64,000 nt of DNA from Candidatus Eiseniibacteriota bacterium. Lineage in GTDB: Bacteria > Eisenbacteria > RBG-16-71-46. Positions 20,001 to 29,000 of the stretch are shown here, one piece after another. The first letter of the stretch is position 1; every line of letters starts with the position of its first letter. The translations under genes and the position numbers were made by a program. The notes beneath the pieces were generated by a model. The model worked only from the letters and a program-made list of their open reading frames with translations, had not been told where the DNA came from and made no database searches. The stretch covers positions 928,001-992,000 of the forward strand of contig CAVUWA010000002.1 of NCBI GenBank assembly GCA_963744995.1, given 5' to 3'.

Positions 20001-20538
20001 CGTCGATCCGAACCAGCACGCGGCCGGCCAGGGTCGGATCGTCCGGTCGCCATGCCTCCAGCGTGCGCAACAGGAAATGACGCGACCAGACGTGGAAGGC
20101 GTTGACTCGCGCCAACAGCCGGTCTTCGGCGGCGGCGTCTCCCGGACGGCGCGACAGCGCGACCAGCGCCGCCCAGCACAGAATCGCGTCCTCGGAGCCG
20201 GCGAACTCGAACAGCATTTCGGTTTCGACTTCCGCCTTCGCGAACATCTCGACCAGTTCGCGAAACGGCGCGATGGAAGTCAGATCGTCGGGCCGCCAGA
20301 CGCGCGGGCCGTTGCCGACCCGGTCGCGCAGCTCGAGGACACGGGAGAGGAACGCTTCGGTGATGAACGGCGGACCATAGGGGCCGGGCGCCGCGTTCGG
20401 AGGAGGCGGTTCTTCGGTGCCCGCCCCCTGTTCCGGCGCGGACCCGCCGTCGGAAGCGCCATGCGCGCGCGCCATGAGACTCTGCCACAGCAGCACGAGC
20501 CCGATACCGATGAACAGACCTAGAATGAAGACGTCCAT
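17050..20538 (-). CDS. Membrane-anchored ClpA/ClpB-like double AAA+ ATPase with C-terminal release-factor-2-like (PCRF) domain
   Basis: N-terminal TM segment; Walker A motifs GEPGVGKS and GPSGTGKT; LLDEFEKAH, DDGRLTD, IIILTSN, FRPELRNRLD, GARPLKR; RF2-like tail. Confidence 0.85.
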   Translation of the reverse strand: MDVFILGLFIGIGLVLLWQSLMARAHGASDGGSAPEQGAGTEEPPPPNAAPGPYGPPFITEAFLSRVLELRDRVGNGPRVWRPDDLTSIAPFRELVEMFAKAEVETEMLFEFAGSEDAILCWAALVALSRRPGDAAAEDRLLARVNAFHVWSRHFLLRTLEAWRPDDPTLAGRVLVRIDDSWARDEMSGTLEAFLRRRAATAAPTFDGVQIPAGFDDTDLLSVLRRLMDPAVARPWLTLLGHGDDAAGTGETGGAEALASDASLPPMLAARTPLAEIGRLSAPGTLRESHALPTPSADVALERAHASLVAEPPRPVLIVGEPGVGKSALVRRLAARLSAEDWTIFEASATQINAGMSFTGALEERVRVLRRGLARPRTLWIVPDFHHLLWSGRHSQSPIGLLEMILPAIEAGQLLVVGEMRPQALERVLSERQEVGRMFDVVRLAPVPDAEITGLLDAWAVRAAEARKIEVPAALSGEAAALARQYLSAHAPPGGVLRLLEGALEDAVLRVAGGGTPSLTMDDLVSALARLTGLPFDLLDERRTLDLESVRARFGSRVIGQPEAVSRLVERLALLKAGVTDPTRPTGVFLFAGPSGTGKTELAKTLADYLFGSPERLVRLDMSELQDTGALERVMGTGAALDVGGHSLAERVRRQPFCVVLLDEFEKAHPRVWDLFLQVFDDGRLTDSRGETTDFRQAIIILTSNVGTVSAGEVRVGLVGESDGLGPGTIMRAVERAFRPELRNRLDQVIVFRALTRDVMRSILRKELSDAFARRGLRRREWAVELEESAIELLIDRGFSTSLGARPLKRAVEQLLLTPLAAAIVDRRAPEGDQFLFVRADGDGLAVEFVDPDAPAVAPVDGASGTLGAGEVGSIAFEARGTPEEVERLRGALEMLEARVASGTWRSAKERLLLESAEPGFWAREDRFEKLGRTEYLDRIERGLGNAKSLLDRISGNPAAPRQSYPRDVVRRIAQRLYLLGAAADEALETGPRDAFLAVEPQLDDHLTAGAARKFAQRLVQMYTGWARERGMRLAALETPKVDRDAGGRHLLAMAGFAAYTLLQAEEGLHVLEWTEPGGRTARVTARVRVALQPPTPARDGTAGLLRQAAEALAAGAPPTTQVARRYREGAAPLVRDSARGWRTGRIDRVLAGDFDLIPERE

Positions 20539-20872
20539 GGGAGCCTCGCAACGCCGGACCCGCGCCCCTCACCCGGGTCGCCAGCATACCGGATCGGCGG
20601 AGTTCGGTCGCCGGCCCCCTGGCCTTCACGCTGCCGCATCCGCCCACGGTCCGGTTTCGCGCACGCCACGCACGGGCATGGGGCTTTCCCCGACGCTCTC
20701 GGTGGAAGCGTGCTCGCGCGGATGACACCCCCGCACCGGCGCCGGGCCATGACACCCCTCATACGACACCCGCCGTATCCACTGCGGCGCGCGTTCTTGC
20801 ACCCCTTCCGGGCCGCATGGCATCCTCGCGCCATTCACGGACGACATCCCGCTCCCACGGACTGGAACCGGC

Positions 20873-21805
20873 ATGCCTGAACCGTCGCGATTCGAGGAGT
20901 TCGCGCGGCTCGCCACCGAGCAGCGCAACCCTCGCACGTTCGACCTCGACACCCTCGACGTCACCGGGATCCTCGAGCGGATCTCGGCGGAAGACCGCAC
21001 CGTGGCCGGCGCCGTCGCGCGCGAGCTGCCGCACATCGCGAAGGCGGTGGACATGGTGGTGGAGAGCTTCCGCGCGGGCGGGCGGCTGATCTACGTCGGC
21101 GCCGGCACCAGCGGGCGCCTCGGCGTGCTCGATGCGGCCGAGTGCCCGCCGACCTTCGGCTCCGATCCCGCCATGGTGATCGGCGTCATCGCAGGCGGCG
21201 AGGGCGCACTGGTACGCGCAGTCGAGGGCGCCGAGGATCGCGAGGCGGACGGCGAGGCCGCCATGGTCGAGCGCCGCGTCGGGCCGCTCGACACGGTGAT
21301 CGGACTCGCCGCGAGCCGCCGCACGCCGTACGTGGTGGGTGCGGTGAAGGCGGCGCGCCGACTCGGCGCGCGCACCGGCTACGTGACCTGCACGCCGCGC
21401 AGCGAGTTCACGCTCGACGTGGACGTGGCGATCTGCCCGGAGGTCGGCCCCGAGGCGGTGATGGGCTCGACGCGCATGAAGGCCGGCACGGCGCAGAAGC
21501 TCACGCTCAACATGATCACCACGGCGGCGTTCGTGCGCATGGGCAAGGTGTACGAGAACATGATGGTCGATCTGATGGCGAACAGCGAGAAGCTCAAGGA
21601 GCGCAGCCGCCGCACGGTGATGACCGTCGCCGACGTGGATTACGACACCGCGGCGCGCGCAATCGAAGATGCGGGGAAGAGCGTCAAGACGGCGATCGTC
21701 ATGCTGCGCGCGGGCTGCACGCGCGAGGCGGCCGAGGCGCGCCTTGCGCGCGCGGACGGTTTCGTGCGTGCGGCCCTCGAGGGCCGGGAGGGTCCGACCC
21801 GATGA
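20873..21805 (+). CDS. murQ: N-acetylmuramic acid 6-phosphate etherase
   Basis: TEQRNP, GAGTSGRLGVLDAAECPPTF, GPEAVMGSTRMKAGTAQK. Confidence 0.97.
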   Translation: MPEPSRFEEFARLATEQRNPRTFDLDTLDVTGILERISAEDRTVAGAVARELPHIAKAVDMVVESFRAGGRLIYVGAGTSGRLGVLDAAECPPTFGSDPAMVIGVIAGGEGALVRAVEGAEDREADGEAAMVERRVGPLDTVIGLAASRRTPYVVGAVKAARRLGARTGYVTCTPRSEFTLDVDVAICPEVGPEAVMGSTRMKAGTAQKLTLNMITTAAFVRMGKVYENMMVDLMANSEKLKERSRRTVMTVADVDYDTAARAIEDAGKSVKTAIVMLRAGCTREAAEARLARADGFVRAALEGREGPTR

Positions 21806-23067
21806 CGCGCCCGCCGCAGCCGCCCACGCGCTCCGCCCGACGTCTCTCGCGTGCGCTTTTCGCGGTTCTCGCGGTGTGCGCGCTGGCGCCGACGATCTCG
21901 TGCCAGAGGAGTTCCGAGAAACGTCCGGTCGTGTTCTGGCAGTTCTGGGGGCCCGAGATCATGGATCCGCTGATCGCCCGGTTCGAGGCGGAGAATCCGG
22001 ACATCGACGTGCAGCTGCAGCAGCTCGCCTGGGACAGCGGCCGCGAAACGATCGTCGCCGCGATGGCGTCGGACAGCGTGCCCGACCTGTGCGAGCTGGG
22101 CTCGACCTGGATGCCGAAGATCCTCGCGGAACAGACGCTGGTGGACTGGAGCGCGGGGCTCGCGGATCTCAAGCCGACGTTGCGCGGCTGGACGCTGTGC
22201 TCGATCGGCGACGCGATGTACGGCGTGCCGTGGGTGCTGGGGACCCGCGCGCTGTTCTACAACAAGACGCTGTTCGCGAAGGCGGGCCTCGACTCGTCGC
22301 ATGCGCCCGAGACCTGGGACGAGCTCTACGCCGCCGCCGCCGCGATCGACCGGCTCGGCAGGGACATCCACGGCTACGGCGTGCAGGCGGGCGAGAGCCA
22401 GGTCCTGTTCAAGAAATTCATGCCGTTCGCGTGGGGCAACGGCGGTCGCGTGCTGAGCGACGACCTCACGCAGTCGGAGTTCGACTCCGATGCGAACCGC
22501 GAGGCGCTCGAGTTCTACATGAGGCTCAAGGACGTCGGGGTCGTCGAACGACAGCGCGAGCTCGACCGCATGTTCAGGGAGGGCCGGATCGGCCTGCAGA
22601 TCTCGGGCGCGTGGCTGTTCCGCTCGATCTCGAAGAATGCGCCGAACCTGCGCTACGGCGTGGCGCTGGTGCCGCGTCCTTCGCGCGAGCACGGAACGAA
22701 CGCGTCGTTTGCGGGCGGCGAGCTGCTGGTGAGCTTCCAGGCGTCGAAGCACAAGGAGGACGCGCTGAAGCTGGCGCGCTTCCTGGTGCAGCCGGAGAAC
22801 GAACTGGCGCTGGCGGCGGCGGCGCAGAGCGTGCAGCCGGCGGTGATCGGTGCCGATACGATGGCGTACTATCGCGAGCGTCCGAACGAACAGATGATGC
22901 TGCGCCAGTTCGAGACCGCGTACACGACGCCCAACCACCCCGCCTGGGACGAGATGGAGGCCGCGATCGAGGACGAGGTCCAGCAGGCGCTGAACGGGAA
23001 GAAGACGGCGGCCGAGGCGGTGGCCGATGCCGGTGCGCGGATCCAGGAACTGGTGGGGCAGCGGTAG
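21802..23067 (+). CDS. Sugar ABC transporter extracellular solute-binding lipoprotein
   Basis: ATGA overlap with murQ; signal ending TISC; PDLCELGSTW, LFYNKTLF, PETWDEL. Confidence 0.9.
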   Translation: MTRPPQPPTRSARRLSRALFAVLAVCALAPTISCQRSSEKRPVVFWQFWGPEIMDPLIARFEAENPDIDVQLQQLAWDSGRETIVAAMASDSVPDLCELGSTWMPKILAEQTLVDWSAGLADLKPTLRGWTLCSIGDAMYGVPWVLGTRALFYNKTLFAKAGLDSSHAPETWDELYAAAAAIDRLGRDIHGYGVQAGESQVLFKKFMPFAWGNGGRVLSDDLTQSEFDSDANREALEFYMRLKDVGVVERQRELDRMFREGRIGLQISGAWLFRSISKNAPNLRYGVALVPRPSREHGTNASFAGGELLVSFQASKHKEDALKLARFLVQPENELALAAAAQSVQPAVIGADTMAYYRERPNEQMMLRQFETAYTTPNHPAWDEMEAAIEDEVQQALNGKKTAAEAVADAGARIQELVGQR

Positions 23068-23070
23068 CCG

Positions 23071-24300
23071 ATGAACGAATCCGACGCGGGCGCGCGCGAC
23101 GCGCTGGAAGCCGTGCGGCGCTATCGCGAGCGCGGTGCGCACACGTTGATCGGGCTCATGACCGGCACCTCGGCCGACGCGGTGGACGCGGCGCTGGTAC
23201 GGATCGACGCGGGCGCGGCGGGAGAAACCTGCCGCGTCGAGAAGTACCTCGAGACGGCCCTCGACCAGGGTCTGCGCCGCGAGATCCTGCGCGTCGCGCA
23301 GGCGTCCGAGGTCCAGCCGGAGTCGCTGATGCGGCTCGACGCCGAGCTGGGCGAACGCTACGCGGAAGCAGTGGACGCCCTGCTCGGTGCCGCCGGTCTC
23401 ACGCGGGATGCCGTCGACGCGATCGGCTGCCACGGGCAGACGATCCGCCACGTGCCGCGCCACACCGGCGGCGGCCGCGCACTGAGCCTGCAGATCGGCT
23501 CGGCCGACGTGCTCGCGGAGCGCACCGGGCTGACCGTGGTCTCCGGGTTCCGCGGACGTGACACCGCGGCCGGCGGCGAGGGCGCGCCGCTGGTGCCGCT
23601 CCTCGACTGGGCGCTGTTTCGCGACGCCGTGAAATCGCGCGTACTCCTGAACCTCGGCGGCATGGCGAACCTCACGCATCTGCCGAAGGGCTGCGCGACG
23701 GATGACGTGATCGCCTTCGACACCGGGCCCGGCAACGCGGTAATCGATGCACTGGTGCGCGCGGCGAGCGGCGGCGAGGCGCTGTTCGACGAGGGCGGCG
23801 CCCGCGCGCGGCGCGGGCGCGCGAGCAAGGCGCTGCTCGAGGAGCTCCTGACCGATCCGTTCTTCGTGATGCCGCCGCCGCGCTCGACCGGGCGCGAGAC
23901 GTTCGGCGACGCTTATGCGGCAAAGGTGCGCGAGATCGGCCACGGCCTCGGGCTCTCGGACGACGATCTGATCGCGACCGCGGTGCAGCTCACGGCCGCG
24001 TCGGTCGGCCTCGCGATCGAGCAGTTCGTCCAGCCGCGCGGCGGCGTGGAGGCCGTTTACGTGAGCGGCGGCGGGCTCGAGAACCCGTCGCTGATCGCCG
24101 CGCTCAAGCGCCGGCTCGACCCGGTGCCGGTCAGGCCGCTCGAGGATCTCGGGGTGCCCGCCGCCGCCAAGGAAGCCGTGGCGTTCGCTTTTCTCGCGCA
24201 CCGCACGCTGATGGGGGAGAGCGGCAACGTCCCGGGCGCGACGGGCGCCGCGCGCGCCGTGACGCTCGGTCACATCACGCCCGGCGGGGCACGGCGGTGA
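23071..24300 (+). CDS. anmK: Anhydro-N-acetylmuramic acid kinase
   Basis: GLMTGTSADAVD, HGQT, GGEGAPLVP, NLGGMAN, FDTGPGN, STGRE, KEAVAFA. Confidence 0.96.
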   Translation: MNESDAGARDALEAVRRYRERGAHTLIGLMTGTSADAVDAALVRIDAGAAGETCRVEKYLETALDQGLRREILRVAQASEVQPESLMRLDAELGERYAEAVDALLGAAGLTRDAVDAIGCHGQTIRHVPRHTGGGRALSLQIGSADVLAERTGLTVVSGFRGRDTAAGGEGAPLVPLLDWALFRDAVKSRVLLNLGGMANLTHLPKGCATDDVIAFDTGPGNAVIDALVRAASGGEALFDEGGARARRGRASKALLEELLTDPFFVMPPPRSTGRETFGDAYAAKVREIGHGLGLSDDDLIATAVQLTAASVGLAIEQFVQPRGGVEAVYVSGGGLENPSLIAALKRRLDPVPVRPLEDLGVPAAAKEAVAFAFLAHRTLMGESGNVPGATGAARAVTLGHITPGGARR

Positions 24301-25676
24301 GGCGGGCGTGGCTCGTCGCCCGCACGTTCGCGCTCGTCGCGCTCACCGGCGCCTGCGCGCCGGTGACGCCGCCGCCCGCGACGACGCCCGTCCCCCGCCA
24401 GACGCCACCCGCGCCGGTCGAGGCCCCGAAGCCGGCGGCCGCGCCCGCACCCGCGGAGCAGGCGGCTCGCCCGTACGGTTTCGAGACCGAGCCGAACGTC
24501 GAGGTAGGTCTGCGCTGGGACGTCGAGGCGATCGCGATCGAGGCGCTCGAGACGGTCGCGGTCACGCGGGTGAGCGGCGGGGTGCCGAATCGCCTCGGTG
24601 AGACCGGCGGCCCGATCCAGCTGCGGCTCGGGCGCCCGGGCTGGGGCGCCGAGTGGCCCGGGCACGCGGCCTCACACCTCACCTCCGGCGACACGCTGCT
24701 GATCGGCGCGACCTCGGGGATCGACGACGGCGCCGCGCGCCTGCGCTGGAGCGGGCGCACGTGGCGCGGCACGTTCAAGGTGTTCGTCAATCCGCGCGGC
24801 AAATTGTCGCTCGCGACCCGGCTGCCGCTCGAGGCGTATCTCCTGGGCGTGGTGCCGGGCGAGATCGGCGCGCTCGACTCGACGCTCATCGAAGCCGGCA
24901 GGGCGCAGGCGATCGCGGCGCGCAGCTACACGCTGTTCTACGACGGCCGCCGCCGCGAGAAGGAAGGCTTCGACCTCTACGCGACCGTCGAGGACCAGGT
25001 CTACGGCCCGGTCGAGAGCGAGGCGCCGCTCGCCACCCGCTGCGTGACCGGCACGCGCGCCGAGGTCGCGCTCTACGACGAGGCGCCGATCCGAGCCAAC
25101 TACAGCTCGACCTGCGGTGGGATCTCCGCCGAGGTGTGGGAGTCGTTTCCCGCGGCGCCGTTGCCCTACCTGAGGAGCATTCGCGACCGCGACGACGGTG
25201 GCCCCGACTGGTGCGCGGCGTCGCGGCACTACCGGTGGGTGGAGCGGTTCCCGATTGCGGAATTCGAGCGCAACCTCCGGCGCTTCTGTCCCGAGCGCGG
25301 CGTGCCGCTCCCGAAGGGCGGAGTCGGCGCCGTGCTCGACGTGCGCGTCACCGGCCGCTCGCGCTCGGGTCGCGTGTGGCGGCTCGAGGTGATCACCAGC
25401 ACCGGGAAGATCGAAATCCCCGGTCAGGCCCTGCGCTGGGTGGTGCGGCGTGCCGGCATGCCGGGCTCGATCCTGCGCTCGACCCTCGCGAAGTTCGGCG
25501 TACGGCGTGATCCACGCACGCGCGCGCCGATCGAGATCGTGGTGAGCGGCGGCGGCAACGGCCACGGCGTCGGCCTGTGCCAGACCGGCGCGCTCGGTAT
25601 GGCGCGCGCGGGGAAGACGGCCGCCGAAATCATCGAGCACTATTTCAGCGGGGTCGAGGTGCGGGCGGTGTATTGA
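24297..25676 (+). CDS. SpoIID/LytB-domain lipoprotein (lytic transglycosylase family)
   Basis: Lipobox LTGAC; LEAYLLGVVPGE, AQAIAARSY, DQVY, GNGHGVGLCQTGA. Confidence 0.92.
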   Translation: MRRAWLVARTFALVALTGACAPVTPPPATTPVPRQTPPAPVEAPKPAAAPAPAEQAARPYGFETEPNVEVGLRWDVEAIAIEALETVAVTRVSGGVPNRLGETGGPIQLRLGRPGWGAEWPGHAASHLTSGDTLLIGATSGIDDGAARLRWSGRTWRGTFKVFVNPRGKLSLATRLPLEAYLLGVVPGEIGALDSTLIEAGRAQAIAARSYTLFYDGRRREKEGFDLYATVEDQVYGPVESEAPLATRCVTGTRAEVALYDEAPIRANYSSTCGGISAEVWESFPAAPLPYLRSIRDRDDGGPDWCAASRHYRWVERFPIAEFERNLRRFCPERGVPLPKGGVGAVLDVRVTGRSRSGRVWRLEVITSTGKIEIPGQALRWVVRRAGMPGSILRSTLAKFGVRRDPRTRAPIEIVVSGGGNGHGVGLCQTGALGMARAGKTAAEIIEHYFSGVEVRAVY

Positions 25677-25796
25677 CGGCCGCGTGTCGTGGTGCTGCGG
25701 TGCGGCCCGGAACCCGCATCGCACGAGCCGGCGCCACGCGCACGGCCTGGTCATGCGGCGCACGCCAGTCGCGGGCGATCCCGTGAGCCATCTCAA

Positions 25797-25825
25797 TTGA
25801 CACACCCGAGGGCCGCCGATATGCT
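25797..25825 (+). promoter_or_regulatory. Sigma-70 promoter of tRNA-Asp
   Basis: TTGACA-N17-TATGCT followed by a GC-rich discriminator. Confidence 0.8.
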
Positions 25826-25877
25826 GCCCCGGCTTTTTTGGGGGCGGAGCCTCTTCCCACCCGTTCCGCCCGCCCGC

Positions 25878-25954
25878 GGGGTTGTAGTTCAGCTGGTTAG
25901 AACGCCTGCCTGTCACGCAGGAGGTCGCGGGTTCGAGTCCCGTCAACCCCGCCA
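25878..25954 (+). tRNA. tRNA-Asp(GTC)
   Basis: GGGGTTG/CAACCCC acceptor stem, anticodon loop CTGTCAC, TTCGAGT T-loop, encoded CCA. Confidence 0.98.
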
Positions 25955-26106
25955 TTCATTGAAGACGTCGAGCCAGGCAACTGTGAGCGCCCGCGCGGGT
26001 TACACCCGCACGGGCGTTCATTGCCTGAAGGGAGTGTGGGGGAGGCCGAGCGCCGAAGGACGCCCCGGAGCGCGCGACCTGGGGCAGAAACGGGGACCAC
26101 ACCCGG

Positions 26107-27969
26107 TCAGGGCAGGCGCACGAGACGGCCCGACAGCACCTCGTCCACCGTCGTGAAGCGCACGTTGTAGACGCCCGCCGGCACGCGCCGCCCGAACGAC
26201 CTGCCATCCCATGTCGCCTGCTCGTCCGCGCGCAGCGCCCGCGACCAGAGTCGCCGCCCCTGCAGATCGAACACTTCGAGCAGGCCGGCACGGGACGGCG
26301 CCGTGAACACGAGCGACCCCCGGAATGGATTGGGCGCGAAGGTGAGCGTCGCATCGCCGCCCGCGGGTTCGACCGAAGCGGTCGGACACCCGACCGGAAG
26401 CGCGCCGATCAGACCGTAGAGGCCGGCGGGAGCGCAGGGCGAGCCTTCCTGAAGCGCGTAGTCCCGCAGGGGCGCGTCGCAGAACAACGGATCCGCGATC
26501 AGATTGCTGTCGGTCGGCGCGAACACCCCCGCGTAGTCGCCCATCGCGTTGTTCCACGCGTCGTTGAACGCGACGCTCGCCGCCTCGGGCGCGTCCAGGC
26601 CGATGGCGCCGTTCGAGGCCACGAGGTTCCGCTGCACGATCTGCGCCTGCCCGGCGCCGCCAGGTCCGTGCGTCAGCCGGATGCCGTCGCCGTCGTTGTC
26701 GACGCACGTGTTCGAGAGGATCGAGTCCGGCCGACCATTGTTGATAGGGCCCGACGCGAGCCTGATGCCATGGTCGCCGTTCCCCCAGGCAAGGTTGTCC
26801 GCAAGCGTGACGCCGGCAGTGCTCACGTCGAACCCGTCGCCGCCGTTCTGCGAACTCGTGCAATGACGGATGGTCGAATGAAACGCCTGCTCGGATCCCG
26901 GAATCGGATGCATGAGAACGCCGTCGCCGGCGAATCTCGAAATGTGAGAGTCCTCCAGGAGCAGCGAAGTCATGAGCGGCTGGTTGGGCGAGATATCGAC
27001 CACTACGCCGTGGCTCTTACCGCCCTCGATAACCAGATTCCGCAGCCCCGACCACGCAGGATCGAAGTACGGCGTGATCGTGATCGCCTCGCCAAGCGTC
27101 GAGCATATCGTGTCTGCCTGCATGCCCACTTCCGATGGCGTGCAGGTTCGCCAGACGAGCGCCTGCCCGCAGCGATCGAACCGCGAGCTGCCTACCGCCA
27201 CGTAGTGCCTCCCCGGCTGGTGGGCGGTTGGCCATGGCGTGTCGTCGAAGTAGATCGCCGCGGAGGACAGGTCCTGAAAGGAGCAGTGGCCGAAGCTCGT
27301 TGGCGACACCGTGCCGTAGCCGGGGGCCAGCACGACGACCCCGTAGCCCGCGTTCTTGAATTCGCAGTCTCCGAACCAGATGCCGTCCTCACCCGGACCT
27401 CCGGTCACCAGCGTGTCCACCGGGCCTTCGAACGTGCATTCAGAAAACCCGTTTGGTCCGGTTGCATTCGGCTGGACGAACAGCGGCGCCGCGTGAAACC
27501 TCAGGTCACGAAATACGGACAGGCTGCTTTGATCGTTGATCGCCGTTCGATCGTGGAAGTCACAGTCGACAAAGCTCACGGTCGCCGACACCTGTACCTG
27601 TCCGTCGAAGACGCAGCCTCGAAAGCCGTAACTGCCCGCTCCGGGCAGGCTCAGATCCGCGCTCAGAGTGAGTCCGCAGATCGTCCAGTGGGATGCGCTG
27701 CTGGTCGCCCGAATGGTTTCCATACGCGTGGCCGCCGCACCCTCGAGGCCCAGAAGGACGGGGGAGTAGGCGCCGACCTGGAGCGACTCCGGGTAGACGC
27801 CGGGCGCGATCAGCACCGAGTCGACGCAACACGCATCCAGCGCCGCCTGGATCGTGGTGAAGTCCGCGTCCGGGCCGACCCGCCAGTGCGATGCATGGCT
27901 TGCGTCACACCAGCAGCACACGAGCGCGATGGCGATGGCAATACGGATCGAAGGATGCATGGTCCTCAT
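26107..27969 (-). CDS. Secreted right-handed beta-helix (pectin lyase-like) protein with C-terminal FlgD-Ig/T9SS-like domain
   Basis: DFTTIQAALDA...VLIAPGVYPE; NxxxGI-type repeats; NLIADPLFC; APNPF...VFDLQGRRL...WDGR...GVYNVR. Confidence 0.85.
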   Translation of the reverse strand: MRTMHPSIRIAIAIALVCCWCDASHASHWRVGPDADFTTIQAALDACCVDSVLIAPGVYPESLQVGAYSPVLLGLEGAAATRMETIRATSSASHWTICGLTLSADLSLPGAGSYGFRGCVFDGQVQVSATVSFVDCDFHDRTAINDQSSLSVFRDLRFHAAPLFVQPNATGPNGFSECTFEGPVDTLVTGGPGEDGIWFGDCEFKNAGYGVVVLAPGYGTVSPTSFGHCSFQDLSSAAIYFDDTPWPTAHQPGRHYVAVGSSRFDRCGQALVWRTCTPSEVGMQADTICSTLGEAITITPYFDPAWSGLRNLVIEGGKSHGVVVDISPNQPLMTSLLLEDSHISRFAGDGVLMHPIPGSEQAFHSTIRHCTSSQNGGDGFDVSTAGVTLADNLAWGNGDHGIRLASGPINNGRPDSILSNTCVDNDGDGIRLTHGPGGAGQAQIVQRNLVASNGAIGLDAPEAASVAFNDAWNNAMGDYAGVFAPTDSNLIADPLFCDAPLRDYALQEGSPCAPAGLYGLIGALPVGCPTASVEPAGGDATLTFAPNPFRGSLVFTAPSRAGLLEVFDLQGRRLWSRALRADEQATWDGRSFGRRVPAGVYNVRFTTVDEVLSGRLVRLP

Positions 27970-28505
27970 GGGGCGGAGGCTCGGCTGTCGGGAGTGCCCT
28001 GCGTTCGAACGCAGCCCACCTCGCGCTCGACGCGTCCCTGCATCTCCGCCTCACCGAAGCATGGGGTGTGCCCGTTGCGATCCGGATGAGGTTCCGCCTG
28101 GCCCGCAGCAGGTTGAGGCGACCGGCCTCCCGGCGTTCGCGCCATGCGAGTGAACACTTCCTCCCGAACCGTCAGCCCGGCCGACACCTCGGGCGTGAAC
28201 CGCCCCGGCTCATCTCACGCGCCTGCTGTCCGAGTGCCGGCCCTTCGACCTGCGTCCCCGACAGCGCCGGCACGCCTGCTCGAGCTCAGTCGGCGAAGAG
28301 AGGCCGAAAGGGGCAGCTCAGGGCCCGCCGCTATCGTGGAGCAGCGTGGGGCGGCCGCCGGAGTTCGAGCCGTGGTCCATCGGGCCGTTTCGGCCGGTCC
28401 ACGCTGCCCCGTCCGGAAGGCCAGTGTGTTGGCCACACCCCCGCCTCCCGCCCCTCCGGCTCATCTCCCGCTCCGCCAACCGCTTCCGCGTTTCCCGTTT
28501 TCCAG

Positions 28506-28533
28506 TTGACGCCCCAAACCCGGCCCGTATACT
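28506..28533 (+). promoter_or_regulatory. Sigma-70 promoter upstream of the acidic protein and speB
   Basis: TTGACG-N16-TATACT. Confidence 0.7.
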
Positions 28534-28659
28534 GCCCCTGCTTTTTCGGGGAAATCCCCGCAACTCGACGACGAATCCGGCATCGAAGCGCCGGTGCAGC
28601 AATGGCCGTTGCAGCAAGACCGGGCAACCGGAACCTGACGCTCTTCTCTTGAGGTGGAC

Positions 28660-28890
28660 ATGATGCGCAAGCGTGGGATCGGCGACGACGACTTCGGAGT
28701 GATCCCGGACGACGAAGCCGAGGATTTCGAAGACGAGGAAGAAGAAGAGTTCGACGAAGACGACGATGACCTCGACGATTTCGACGAGGACGATGACGAC
28801 ATCGACGACGACTTCGACGGGGACGAAGACGACGACCTCGACGGAGACGACGCCGACTTCGAGGACTTCGACGACGACGACGAACGCTGA
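28660..28890 (+). CDS. Small hyper-acidic protein (76 aa, 49 D/E by hand count)
   Basis: GAGGT RBS; upstream promoter; mixed GAC/GAT/GAA/GAG codons with interspersed F/L/I, not a simple repeat. Confidence 0.8.
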   Translation: MMRKRGIGDDDFGVIPDDEAEDFEDEEEEEFDEDDDDLDDFDEDDDDIDDDFDGDEDDDLDGDDADFEDFDDDDER

Positions 28891-29000
28891 CGCGTTCGTG
28901 ACGTATGCGTGCGGCCCGCTCGCGGGCGTGACATCGTTACTGGTGAAGGCCCTGCACGGCTCAGCCGGCAGGGCCTTCGTTCTTGCAGGGGAGGTGGTCG

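Noticed and set aside
28405..28430. SRP RNA, suggested by GTCCGGAAGG
   Set aside because: The flanking conserved CAGG and AAGCAG of the SRP domain IV loop are absent.
25878..28500. Genomic island integrated at tRNA-Asp
   Set aside because: No integrase was found and I saw no duplicated tRNA 3' end. Only one secreted-protein gene follows.
28690..28885. GAC/GAA microsatellite or CRISPR-like repeat
   Set aside because: The periodicity comes from Asp/Glu codons in an ORF with an RBS and promoter. There is no repeat-spacer structure.
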